Below are positions 39,537 to 51,068 of a stretch of DNA of 64,000 nucleotides, piece by piece. Position numbers and translations under genes: made by a program. A model generated the notes under the pieces. That model ran no database searches. It had not been told where the DNA came from and saw nothing but the letters and a program-made list of their open reading frames with translations. This stretch comes from Anaeramoeba ignava BMAN (lineage: Eukaryota; Protista; Anaeramoebae), in assembly GCA_028826165.1 (NCBI GenBank), contig JAPDFW010000083.1, forward strand, positions 62,001-126,000, written 5' to 3'. Positions within the stretch are counted from its first letter, which is position 1, and the number at the start of each line of letters is the position of its first letter.

Positions 39537-41319
39537 TTAATTTTGATTTTTAAATTTCTTAATTAATAAATCAAATAAATTTGGGTTTGTTTGATTTAAT
39601 TGAAAATAATCAATTCCAATTTGAATTTCTTCAATTATTTCTTGTGTAATTTGAATATCTTCTTTAATTTGATTTGAATAAATCCAATATTCAAATATTT
39701 GAAATGATTTATCACTTAATTCACTATAATCTGTAACTTTATTAGAAGTATCATTTGTTACAGATAAAAACATTCCTCGATATAATTCACTTCTCATTAT
39801 TAATATTAATTTAGGGAATTTATATTGTTTTTCTTTTCTTTCAATTATAAAATCCTTTTCATTTTCATTTTCATTCAAATAAATTCTTTTCATTGTTTCT
39901 TCTATTTTTTCATTTGAATTTATAATTTCTTTAATTTCAGAATATAATACTGGATTTATATTAGAATTGTTTGAATAAATCATTTCAAATATTTGATTGG
40001 ATTCTTTAATTGATTTATTTGAAATAATTTCTTGAAGTTTTTCAATTTCATTTTCATTTTGATTTTGATTTAATCTATATTTTAATATTAATTTATGAGC
40101 TTCAATTATTTCTCCATTTTCGGTTTTAAATGAAATATCACAAAATTCTTTTCTTTCAAATAATTTTATCAAATCTTCTTCAAGATTGGAAAAAGGAGGA
40201 GGTAAATAATAAAAAAATGAAGTATAAGAACCACAAAAAATATGATAATTAGAAATATTTTCATTAAATCTTAATTCAGGAAGTTCAATTTGAATGGGAA
40301 TTGATTGATTTCCTGGATCTTCAGTTCCTAATTGACCATAATAATTATTTCCAAATACTATCATCTTATTATTGGAAGTTAGAATCAAATTATGGAAATT
40401 TCCAACAGAAAAATCAACAATATTATCATTTTCATTTTCAAATAAAGATGATTTGATTTCAGTAAATTCATAAGTATTTTCATTTTTACCAAATCCATTA
40501 TATTCAGAATAGCCACATGAATAAAGTTTTCTTTTTGGATTTTGATTTTGATTTTCGATTTTCAATCAACATTATTGAATGATAATTTCCACATTTAATA
40601 TCAATTATTTTACCTTTTGGAATATTTTGGATTTTGGTTAATTTATCGATTTGTTTTTCTTCTTTTCTTGATTCTCCTAATCCAAGTTGACCGTATCCAT
40701 TATCACCGCATACAAATAATTCTTGATTTGAATTTAAAAGGAAAACATGAAATGAAGAATTTCCTGAAAATATTTTAGAAACATTTTTCATTATCAAAAT
40801 TGGTTTTTCTGCCCATTTAAGTGTTTCATAATCATAACCAAGTTGACCATAATCATTTGAACCAAATCCATAAGCATTTTGATTTGAAGTTAATAAGTAA
40901 ATTGAACTAGAACCAGAAACAATATCTTGGATTGTTCTATCATTTTTATCTTCAATTAATGATGAAATATTGATAAATTCTTTTGGATTTTTTGGATTAA
41001 TATCATATCCTTTTGCAAATACATTTCCTTCTATTGTTAAAATAGCTTCATTTCGAAAACTAACAGTTACTTTTTGAATATTTTCAATTTGGATTTTTTC
41101 AGGATTTTGTTTTGAATATTTTTTATTTAAATATTCTATTGATTTTCCATTTTCAAAAAGGAAAATTGTTCCGAAATAACCTGATGAAATTTGTTTAATT
41201 TGTTTTTCATTTTTATTTTCATTTTCAAATTTAAATTGAATTGGTTTTGTTATTTTAATTGGTTCATTTTTGAAAAGAATTGGAAATTGATTTCTTCCAA
41301 AAAATAAACAATCATTCAT
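39537..41319 (-). CDS. RCC1-repeat beta-propeller + tandem BTB/POZ protein, copy A (inverted; +1 frameshift at about 40557)
   Basis: ORFs 41319-40504 and 40565-39537 join into one paralogue. RCC1 motifs GSNDYGQLG and CGDNGYGQLGLG; BTB motifs FCDISF..EAHKLILKYR and KLILIMRSELYRGMF. Confidence 0.85.
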
Positions 41320-41387
41320 TTTTAAAAAGAAAAAATGAAAAAAATGATTTTCTAATTTTTCATTTTTTTTTTAAGTTTTATTTAAAA

Positions 41388-42773
41388 ATGATTTCCCAAA
41401 ATTCACTTTCTTTTAATCAAAAATTATTCACATTTAATACAATGATGCTAATAAGTATTTTTTTTATGTGCATTATTTCACAGTTTACATATTCTGTTTC
41501 ACAAAACAAAAAAGAGAAATCCACACTTGAAGATATAGAAAAAAACGCAAAAAATCAAAATAGAAACATAAAAGAAAATCAAAATATAAACATAAAAGAA
41601 AATCAAAATACAAACATAAAAGAAAATCAAAATATAAATATAAAAGAAAATCAAAATATAAATATAAAAGAAAATCAAAATATAAACATAAAAGAATTAA
41701 ATGAAAATTGGTTTGAAAATTATCTCGATTTTTACAATAAAACACTTGATGAAATAACAACATTTTCAAAGAAAAATGCGAAATTTGTTGTGTTTAGAGC
41801 TGTTGATGGTTTGGGAAATAGATTAATGGGTTTGGTCGCAAGCTTTTTATTCTCCATTTTAACAGATCGTATTTTTATTATTGATTGGCCGTATCAAGAT
41901 GGCCATATCACTCAAGTTTACGACTTAATGAAGCAACCACTTTTTAATTGGGATTTTGACAGTGTTGCGAATTTTTACGATGAAAAAGAAATTTATCAAA
42001 CAGCTGCATACTTCGATTTTGCGGATCATGAAGATATGTCGCTTTTTCTGTGCGAGGATTTCCAGACTAAACTTGATAAATATCAGTTCATTTTCATGAG
42101 AACAAACAACTATTTTTCGCCTGCAATGATGAACAACAAGTTTTTTATTAAGAAATTAGAATCAAAATTTACTCAGAAACAAATACACTCAATGTTTTCA
42201 ACTCTTGGAAATAAAATCATTATTCCCATTGATTCTATTCAGGCAAAAGTGGATGATTTTGTGGAAAAAAATCATTTCCATTCACCGGGAAAATATCCAA
42301 TAGGAATTCATTTAAGAAATCTTTATATACATTCATCGTTAAATAACTCATGGATTTGGAGTTGTGCTAATTCAATTCTGGAAAATAAAATCCAAGAAAA
42401 CCCCGAAATGCAAAATTTGGAACCAATTTGGTTCATAAGTACCGATAATATAAAAGACAAAAAAGAAGCAAAGGCAAATTATCCTGATCGTTTCCTGTCA
42501 AGAGACATTATTCTTGATAGAAATTCAATTGAAGGAAATCAAGAATCATTTGTGGATATGCTTCTTCTTTCACATTGCAATGATATTCTTACTTTATATG
42601 CAAGATCATCATTTACTTATGTTTCTCATGGTCTTGCTGATATTAATCCTTATGTCAAGAAATGCAATCATCTTCCTTCTTCAGAACCTTGTTTTCATGG
42701 ATTTAGGCAATTAAGCAAAACTCAATGTTTCGAATCAACCATTATTAATAATCTCAGAACAGAATGCTCTTGA
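41388..42773 (+). CDS. Type II membrane fucosyltransferase, GT37 (xyloglucan FUT1)-like / O-FucT clan
   Basis: Intronless. N-terminal TM (MMLISIFFMCIISQF) and a stem of NIKENQNI repeats. Motifs GLGNRLMGLVASFLFSILTDRIFIIDW, IGIHLR, FISTD, VDMLLLSHCND..SSFTYVSHGL and SEPCFH parallel the GT37 motifs GLGNR, IGIQVR, EMYLLS, STFGYVAQGL and MEPCFH. Confidence 0.8.
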   Translation: MISQNSLSFNQKLFTFNTMMLISIFFMCIISQFTYSVSQNKKEKSTLEDIEKNAKNQNRNIKENQNINIKENQNTNIKENQNINIKENQNINIKENQNINIKELNENWFENYLDFYNKTLDEITTFSKKNAKFVVFRAVDGLGNRLMGLVASFLFSILTDRIFIIDWPYQDGHITQVYDLMKQPLFNWDFDSVANFYDEKEIYQTAAYFDFADHEDMSLFLCEDFQTKLDKYQFIFMRTNNYFSPAMMNNKFFIKKLESKFTQKQIHSMFSTLGNKIIIPIDSIQAKVDDFVEKNHFHSPGKYPIGIHLRNLYIHSSLNNSWIWSCANSILENKIQENPEMQNLEPIWFISTDNIKDKKEAKANYPDRFLSRDIILDRNSIEGNQESFVDMLLLSHCNDILTLYARSSFTYVSHGLADINPYVKKCNHLPSSEPCFHGFRQLSKTQCFESTIINNLRTECS

Positions 42774-42837
42774 TTTTTTAAAATCCAAAACAATATTTTT
42801 TTTTTCATTTTTTTCTTTTCAAAAAAAATAAAAGAAA

Positions 42838-44655
42838 ATGAATCAAAATCAAAATCAAAATCAAAATCAAAATCAAGAAAATGATTGTTTATTTTTTGGT
42901 TTAAATCGAAAACCAAAACTTATCAAAAATAAATCAAACGAAATAACAAAACCAATTCAATTTAAATTTAAAAATGAAAATGAAAATGAAAATGAAAAAC
43001 AAATTAAACAAATTTCATCAGGTGATTTTTCAACAATTTTCCTTTTTAAAAATGGAAAAGCAATAGAATATTTAAAAGACAAATGGTTAAAACAAAATCC
43101 TCAAAAAATCCAAATTGAAAATATTCAAAAAGTAACTGTTGGTCTTCATAATGAAGCTATTTTAACAATAGAAGGAAATGTATTTGCAAAAGGAAAAGAT
43201 ATTAATAGAAGAAATCAATACAAATTTGCTAATATTTCATCATTAATTGAAGATTCAAATGATAGAATAATTCAAGATATTGTTTCTGGATTAAGTTCAA
43301 TTTACTTATTAACCTCAAATCAAAATGCTTATGGAATTGGTTCTAATAAATTTGGTCAACTTGGTTATGACTATAAAACACTTAAAAAAACAGAAAAACC
43401 AATTTTAATGATGAAAAATGTTTCTAAAATATTTTCAGGAATTTCTTGTTTTCATGCTTTTCTTTTGAATTCAAATCAAGAATTATTTGGATGCGGATAT
43501 AATAAATATCACCAAATCGGGTTAACAGAATCAATAAAAGAAATGAAACTCACACAATTAACCAAAATCCAAAATATTCCAAAAGGCAAAATAATTGATA
43601 TTCAATCTGGGTTTTCTTTTTCAATAACGTTGATTGAAAATGAAGATGAAAATCCAAAAAGAAAACTTTATTCATGTGGCTATTGGGAATATAATGGACT
43701 TGGCAAAAATCAAGATACTTATGAATTTACTGAAATCAAATCATCTTTATTTGAAAATGAAAATGATAATATCCTTGAAATTTCTGTTGGAAATAACCAT
43801 CTTTTGATTTTAACAACAAAAGGGAAATTGATAGGATTTGGAGATAATACCTTTGGTCAGTTAACTTTCGAAAACCTTGATGATTACCAGAGTCAGATCG
43901 TACAAATTGAACTTCCTAAATTAAGATTTAATGAAGATATTTCCAATTATCATATTTCTTGTGGAGAATTCAGATCATTTCTTTATTATTCTCCTTTTTC
44001 TTCTTTTTCCAATCTTGAAGAAGATTTAATAAAACTATTTAGAAGAAAAGAATTTTGCAATATTTCATTTAAAACCGAAAATGGAGAAATAATTGAAGCT
44101 CATAAATTAATATTAAAATATAGATTAAATGAAAATCAAATTGAAAAACTTAAAGAAATTATTTCAAATAAATCAATTAAAGAATCAAATCAAATATTTG
44201 AAATGATTTATTCAAACAATTCCAAAATAAATCCAATATTATATTCTGAAATTAAAGAAATTATAAATTCAAATGAAAAAATAGAAGAAACAATGAAAAG
44301 AATTTATTTGAATGAAAATGAAAATGAAAATGAAAAAGATTTTATTATTGAAAGAAAAGAAAAACAATATAAATTTCCAAAATTAATATTAATAATGAGA
44401 AGTGAATTATATCGAGGAATGTTTTTATCTGTAACTGAAGATACTTCCAATAAAGTTACAGATTATAGTGAATTAAGTAATAAATCATTTCAAATATTTG
44501 AATATTGGATTTATTCAAATCAAATTAAAGAAGATATTCAAATTACACAAGAAATTATTAAAGAACTTAAAACAGGAATTGATTATTTTCAATTAAATCA
44601 AACAAATCCAAATTTATTTGATTTATTAATTAAGAAATTTAAAAATCAAAATTAA
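42838..44655 (+). CDS. RCC1 + tandem BTB protein, copy B
   Basis: Intact 605-aa ORF, paralogous to copies A and C-F. Confidence 0.92.
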   Translation: MNQNQNQNQNQNQENDCLFFGLNRKPKLIKNKSNEITKPIQFKFKNENENENEKQIKQISSGDFSTIFLFKNGKAIEYLKDKWLKQNPQKIQIENIQKVTVGLHNEAILTIEGNVFAKGKDINRRNQYKFANISSLIEDSNDRIIQDIVSGLSSIYLLTSNQNAYGIGSNKFGQLGYDYKTLKKTEKPILMMKNVSKIFSGISCFHAFLLNSNQELFGCGYNKYHQIGLTESIKEMKLTQLTKIQNIPKGKIIDIQSGFSFSITLIENEDENPKRKLYSCGYWEYNGLGKNQDTYEFTEIKSSLFENENDNILEISVGNNHLLILTTKGKLIGFGDNTFGQLTFENLDDYQSQIVQIELPKLRFNEDISNYHISCGEFRSFLYYSPFSSFSNLEEDLIKLFRRKEFCNISFKTENGEIIEAHKLILKYRLNENQIEKLKEIISNKSIKESNQIFEMIYSNNSKINPILYSEIKEIINSNEKIEETMKRIYLNENENENEKDFIIERKEKQYKFPKLILIMRSELYRGMFLSVTEDTSNKVTDYSELSNKSFQIFEYWIYSNQIKEDIQITQEIIKELKTGIDYFQLNQTNPNLFDLLIKKFKNQN

Positions 44656-44710
44656 AATTAAAATTCCAAAAAAATTTTTTTTCATTTTTTCATTTTTTTT
44701 CTTTTCAAAA

Positions 44711-46496
44711 ATGAATGATTGTTTATTTTTTGGTTTCAATAAATATCCAAAACTTTTCAAAAATGAACCAGAAAAAATAACAAAACCAATTCAATTTAAA
44801 TTTAAAAATGAAAACGAAAATGAAAATGAAAATGAAAATGAAAAACAAATTAAACAAATTTCATCAGGAAATTTCTCAACAATTTTCCTTTTTGAAAATG
44901 GAAAAGCAATAGAATATTTAAATGAAAATGATTCAAATCAAAATCCTTCAAAAATTCAAATTGAAGAAAATATTCAAAAAGTAACTGTTGGTGAGCAAAA
45001 TGAAGCTATTTTAACAATAGAAGGAAATGTATTTGCAAAAGGAATTAATCCAAAAAATCCAAAAGAATTTATCAATATTTCATCATTAATTGAAGACACA
45101 AATGATAGAATAATTCAAGATGTAGTTTCTGGATACAGTTCAATTTACTTATTAACCTCAAATCAAAATGCTTATGGAATTGGTTCAAATCAAGATGGTG
45201 AACTTGGTTTTGATTCTGAAACACTTTATAAAACAGAAAAACCAATTTTAATGATGAAAAATGTTTCTAAAATATTTTCAGGAAATGATTCAAATCGTGT
45301 TTTTCTTTTAAATTCAAATCAAGAATTATTTGTATGTGGTGATAATGGATACGGTCAACTTGGATTAGGAGAATCAAGAACAGAAGAAACAAAAACCCAA
45401 AAATTAACCAAAATCCAAAATATTCCAAAAGGTAAAATAATTGATATTCAATGTGGAGGGATTCATTCAATAATGTTGATTGAAAATGAAGATCACAAAT
45501 GAAAATCCAAAAAGAAAACTTTATTCATGTGGATTTTATTTATATAATGGACTTGGGAAAAAATATCAAAATACTTATGAATTTACTGAAATCAAATCAT
45601 CTTTATTTGAAAATGATAATATTCTTAAAATCTCTGTTGGAAATTTCCATAATTTGATTCTAACTTCCAATAATAAGATGATAGGATTTGGTGCTAATTT
45701 TTCTGGTCAATTAGGAACTGGAGATACAAAATATCAATTAATTCCAATTCAAATTGAACTTCCTAAATTAAGATTTAATGAAAATATTTCTAATTATCAT
45801 GTTTCTTGTGGCTCTGCTAAATCATTTCTTTATTATTCTCCTCCTTTTTCCAATATTGAAGAAGATTTGATAAAATTATTTGAAAGAAAAGAATTTTGTA
45901 ATATTTCATTTAAAACCGAAAATGGAGAAATAATTGAAGCTCATAAATTAATATTGAAATATAGATTAAATCAAAATGAAGATCAAATTGAAAAACTTCA
46001 AGAAATTATTTCAAAAAAATCAATTAAAGAATCAAATCAAATATTTGAAATGATTTATTCAAACAATTCTAAAATAAATCCAGTATTATATTCTGAAATT
46101 AAAGAAATTATAAATTCAAATGAAAAAATAGAAGAAACAATGAAAAGAATTTATTTGAATGAAAATGAAAATGAAAATGAAAAAGATTTTATTATTGAAA
46201 GAAAAGAAAAACAATATAAATTTCCTAAATTAATATTAATAATGAGAAGTGAATTATATCGAGGAATGTTTTTATCTGTAACTGAAGATAAATCTAATAA
46301 AGTTACAGATTATAGTGAATTAAGTAATAAATCATTTCAAATATTTGAATATTGGATTTATTCAAATCAAATTAAAGAAGATATTCAAATTACACAAGAA
46401 ATTATTAATGAAATTAAAACAAGAATTGATTATTTTCAATTAAATCAAACAAATCCAAATTTATTAGATTTATTAATTAAGAAATTTAAAAATTAA
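44711..46496 (+). CDS. RCC1 + tandem BTB protein, copy C (+1 frameshift at about 45496)
   Basis: ORFs 44711-45502 and 45480-46496 join into one full-length paralogue. Confidence 0.85.
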
Positions 46497-46749
46497 AATT
46501 AAAATTAAAATTAAAATTAAAATTAAAATTAAAAATTAAAATTAAAATTAAAATTAAAATCAAAATTAAAATTAAAATTAAAATTAAAATTAATATTAAA
46601 ATTAAAATTAAAATCAAAATTAAAATCATAATTTAAAATTAAAATCAAAAATTAAAATTAAAATTAAAATTAAAATTAAAATTAAAATTAAAATTAAAAT
46701 TAAAATTAAAATTCCAAAAATCATTTTTTTCATTTTTTTCTTTTCTAAA

Positions 46750-48528
46750 ATGAATGATTGTTTATTTTTTGGTTTAAATCTATATCCAACTCTTTTCAAA
46801 AATAAACCAAATAAAATAATAAAACCAATTCAATTTAAATTTGAAAATGAAAATGAAAATGAAAATGAAAATGAAAAACAAATTAAACAAATTTCATCAA
46901 GTTATTTCTCAACAATTTTCCTTTTTAAAAATGGAAAAGCAATAGAATATTTAAATGAAAATGATTCAAATCAAAATATTCAAAAAATCCAAATCGAAAA
47001 TATTCAAAAAGTAATTGTTGGTTCTGATAATGAAGCTATTTTAACAAAAGAAGGAAATGTATTTGCAAAAGGAAGCGATATTGATTTAGAAAATCCAAAA
47101 GAATTTATCAATATTTCATCATTAATTGAAGACACAAATGATAGAATAATTGAAGATATCGCTTGCTGTGCTAGCTCAATTTACTTATTAACTTCAAATC
47201 AAAATGTTTATGGATTTGGTGACAACTTTTATGGCCAATTTGGTTTTGATTCGTCAAATATCTCACAAAAACCAATTTTAATAATGAAAAATGTTTCTAA
47301 AATATTTTCAGGAAATACTTCTTATCATGTTTTTCTTTTAAATTCAAATCAAGAATTATTCGGATCAGGATATAATGGATACGGTCAACTTGGATTAGGA
47401 GATTCAATAAATGAATACATCAAAAAAATAACCAAAATACAAAATATTCCAAAAGGCAAAATAATTGATATTCAATCTGGATATTCTCATTCAATAATGT
47501 TGATTGAAAATGAAAATCAAAAACCAAAAAGAAAACTTTATTCATGTGGAGATTATCGAAATAATGGACTTGGCAAAAAAAATCAAAATACTTATGAATT
47601 TACTGAAATCAAATCATCTTTATTTGAAAATGATAATAATATTCTTGATTTTTCTGTTGGAAATGCTCATAATTTGATTTTAACATCAAAAGGGAAATTT
47701 ATTGGATTTGGAGAAAATTCTTATATTCAATTAGGAAACGGAAATAAAAAAATCAAATTAATTCCAATTCAAATTAAACTTCCTAAATTAATATTTAATG
47801 AAAATATTTCTAATTATCATATTTCTTGTGGAGTTGATAAAACATTTCTTTATTATTCTTCTTTTTTTTCCAATCTTGAAGAAGATTTGATAAAATTATT
47901 TAGAAGAAAAGAATTTTGCAATATTTCATTTAAAACAGAAAATGGAGAAATAATTGAAGCTCATAAATTAATATTGAAATATAGATTAAAAGATGAAAAT
48001 GAAATTGAAAATGAAATTGAAAATGAAATTGAAAAACTTCAAGAAATTATTTCAAAAAAATCAATTAAAGAATCAAACCAAATATTTGAAATGATTTATT
48101 CAAACAAAATAATAAATCCAAAATTATATTCTGAAATTAAAGAAATTATAAATTCAAATGAAAAAATTGAAGAAACAATGAAAAGAATTTATTTAAATGA
48201 AAATGAAAAAGATTTTATTATTGAAAGAAAAGAAAAACAATATAAATTTCCTAAATTAATATTAATAATGAGAAGTGAATTATATCGAGGAATGTTTTTA
48301 TCTGTAACAAATGATACTTCTAATAAAGTTACAGATTATAGTGAATTAAGTAATAAATCATTTCAAATATTTGAATATTGGATTTATTCAAATCAAATTA
48401 AAGATGATATTCAAATTACACAAGAAATTATTAATGAAATTAAAACAAGAATTGATTATTTTCAATTAAATCAAACAAATCCAAATTTATTTGATTTATT
48501 AATTAATAAATTTAATAATCAAAATTAA
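46750..48528 (+). CDS. RCC1 + tandem BTB protein, copy D
   Basis: Intact 592-aa ORF. Confidence 0.92.
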   Translation: MNDCLFFGLNLYPTLFKNKPNKIIKPIQFKFENENENENENEKQIKQISSSYFSTIFLFKNGKAIEYLNENDSNQNIQKIQIENIQKVIVGSDNEAILTKEGNVFAKGSDIDLENPKEFINISSLIEDTNDRIIEDIACCASSIYLLTSNQNVYGFGDNFYGQFGFDSSNISQKPILIMKNVSKIFSGNTSYHVFLLNSNQELFGSGYNGYGQLGLGDSINEYIKKITKIQNIPKGKIIDIQSGYSHSIMLIENENQKPKRKLYSCGDYRNNGLGKKNQNTYEFTEIKSSLFENDNNILDFSVGNAHNLILTSKGKFIGFGENSYIQLGNGNKKIKLIPIQIKLPKLIFNENISNYHISCGVDKTFLYYSSFFSNLEEDLIKLFRRKEFCNISFKTENGEIIEAHKLILKYRLKDENEIENEIENEIEKLQEIISKKSIKESNQIFEMIYSNKIINPKLYSEIKEIINSNEKIEETMKRIYLNENEKDFIIERKEKQYKFPKLILIMRSELYRGMFLSVTNDTSNKVTDYSELSNKSFQIFEYWIYSNQIKDDIQITQEIINEIKTRIDYFQLNQTNPNLFDLLINKFNNQN

Positions 48529-48927
48529 AATTAAAATTAAAATTAAAATTAAAATCAAAATAAAAATTAAATTAAAATTAAAATTAAATTCAAATTAAAA
48601 TTAAAATTAAAATTAAAATCAAAATCAAAAATAAAATTTAAAAATCAAAATTAAAATTAAAATTAAAATTAAAATTATAATTTAAAATTTAAAATTAAAA
48701 TCAAAATTAAAATTAAAATTAAATATAAAATTAAAATTCATTTTAAAATTAAAATTAAAATCAAAATTAAAATTCAAAATTAAAATTAAAATTAAAATTA
48801 AAATTAAAACTAAAATTAAAATTAAAATTAAAATTAAAATTAAAATTAAAATTAAAATTAAAATTAAAATTAAAATTAAAATTAAAATTAAAATCAAAAT
48901 CATTTTTCATTTTTTTCTTTTTCAAAA

Positions 48928-50712
48928 ATGAATGAAATTTTATTTTTTGGTTCAAATGAATATCCAAAACTTTACGAAAATAAACCAAATAAAATAATAA
49001 AACCAATTCAATTTAAATTTGAAAATGAAAATGAAAATGAAAATGAAAATGAAAATGAAAATGAAAATGAAAAACAAATTAAACAAATTTCATCAGGAAA
49101 TTATTCAACAATTTTCCTTTTTGAAAATGGAAAAGCAATAGAATATTTACGATTTTGGAATGAAGAAATTCAAATTGAAAATATTCAAAAAGTAACTGTT
49201 GGTGAGCAAAATGAAGCTATTTTAACAAAAGAAGGAAATGTATTTGCCAAAGGAAAAGATATTAATCCAGAAAATCCAAAAGAATTTATCAATATTTCAT
49301 CATTAATTGAAGATACAAATGATAGAATAATTGAAGATGTTGTTTCTGGATCTAGCTCAATTTACTTATTAACTTCAAATCAAAATGCTTATGGAATTGG
49401 TTCAAATTATTCTGGTCAACTTGGTTTAAAATATCAAACACTTAAAAAAACAGAAAAACCAATTTTAATGATGAAAAATGTTTCTAAAATATTTTCAGGA
49501 AATTCTTCAGGTTCTGTTTTTCTTTTAAATTCAAATCAAGAATTATTTGGATGCGGATGGAATTATTATGGTCAACTTGGATTAGGAAAATTTGTGGCTC
49601 AAAGAATCAGACAATTAACCCAAATCCAAAATATTCCAAAAGGCAAAATAATTGATATTCAATCTGGAGATTCTCATTCAATAATGATGATTGAAGAAGA
49701 AGATGGATATCGACAGCTTTACTCATGTGGAGATTCTCTATATAATGGACTTGGCAAAAAATCAAACCAAAGATTATTTACTCAAATTAAATCATCTTTA
49801 ATTATAAATCAAAATCCTATTGATTTTTCTGTTGGAAATAAACATACTTTGATTTTAACTCCAAAAAGAAAATTAATTGGATTTGGAGATAATTATTATG
49901 GTCAATTAGGAAAAGAAACACGAGATAATCCAAAAGATCCAATTCAAATTAAACTTCCTAAATTAAGATTTAATGAAGATATTTCCAATTATCATATTTC
50001 TTGTGGAGTTGATAAAACATTTCTTTATTATTCTTCTCCTTCTTTTTCCAATCTTGAAGAAGATTTGATAAAATTATTTAGAAGAAAAGAATTTTGTGAT
50101 ATTTCATTTAAAACAGAAAATGGAGAAATAATCAAAGCTCATAAATTAATATTAAAATATAGATTAAATGAAAATCAAAATCAAATTGAAAAACTTCAAG
50201 AAATTATTTCAAAAAAATCAATTGAAGAATCAAATCAAATATTTGAAATGATTTATTCAAACAATTCCAAAATAAATCCAAAATTATATTTTGAAATTAA
50301 AGAAATTATAAATTCAAATGAAAAAATTGAAGAAACAATGAAAAGAATTTATTTAAATGAAAATGAAAATGAAAATGAAAAAGATTTTATTATTGAAAGA
50401 AAAGAAAAACAATATAAATTCCCAAAATTAATATTAATAATGAGAAGTGAATTATATCGAGGAATGTTTTTATCTGTAACTGAAGATAAATCTAATAAAG
50501 TTACAGATTATAGTGAATTAAGTAATAAATCATTTCAAATATTTGAATATTGGATTTATTCAAATCAAATCAAAGAAGATATTCAAATTACACAAGAAAT
50601 AATTAATGAAATTCAAATTGGAATTGATTATTTTCAATTAAATCAAACAAATCCAAATTTATTTGATTTATTAATTAACAAATTTAATAATCAAAATCAA
50701 AATCAAAATTAA
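48928..50712 (+). CDS. RCC1 + tandem BTB protein, copy E
   Basis: Intact 594-aa ORF. Confidence 0.92.
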   Translation: MNEILFFGSNEYPKLYENKPNKIIKPIQFKFENENENENENENENENEKQIKQISSGNYSTIFLFENGKAIEYLRFWNEEIQIENIQKVTVGEQNEAILTKEGNVFAKGKDINPENPKEFINISSLIEDTNDRIIEDVVSGSSSIYLLTSNQNAYGIGSNYSGQLGLKYQTLKKTEKPILMMKNVSKIFSGNSSGSVFLLNSNQELFGCGWNYYGQLGLGKFVAQRIRQLTQIQNIPKGKIIDIQSGDSHSIMMIEEEDGYRQLYSCGDSLYNGLGKKSNQRLFTQIKSSLIINQNPIDFSVGNKHTLILTPKRKLIGFGDNYYGQLGKETRDNPKDPIQIKLPKLRFNEDISNYHISCGVDKTFLYYSSPSFSNLEEDLIKLFRRKEFCDISFKTENGEIIKAHKLILKYRLNENQNQIEKLQEIISKKSIEESNQIFEMIYSNNSKINPKLYFEIKEIINSNEKIEETMKRIYLNENENENEKDFIIERKEKQYKFPKLILIMRSELYRGMFLSVTEDKSNKVTDYSELSNKSFQIFEYWIYSNQIKEDIQITQEIINEIQIGIDYFQLNQTNPNLFDLLINKFNNQNQNQN

Positions 50713-51068
50713 AATTAAAATCAAAATTAAAATCAAAATTAAAATTAAAATTAAAATTAAAATTAAAATTAAAATTAAAAATTAAAATTCAAAATTAAAA
50801 TCAAAATTAAAATCAAAATTAAAATCAAAAACAAAATTAAAATCAAAATTAAAATTAACAAAATTAAAATTAAAATTAAAATTAAAATTAAAATTAAAAT
50901 TAAAATTAAAATTAAAATTAAAATTAAAATTAAAATCAAAATCAAAATCAAAATTAAAATTAAAAAATGAAATTAAAATTAAAATTAAAATTAAAATTAA
51001 AATTAACAAAATTAAAATTAAAATTAAAATTCCAAAAATCATTTTTTTCATTTTTTTTCTTTTTAAAA

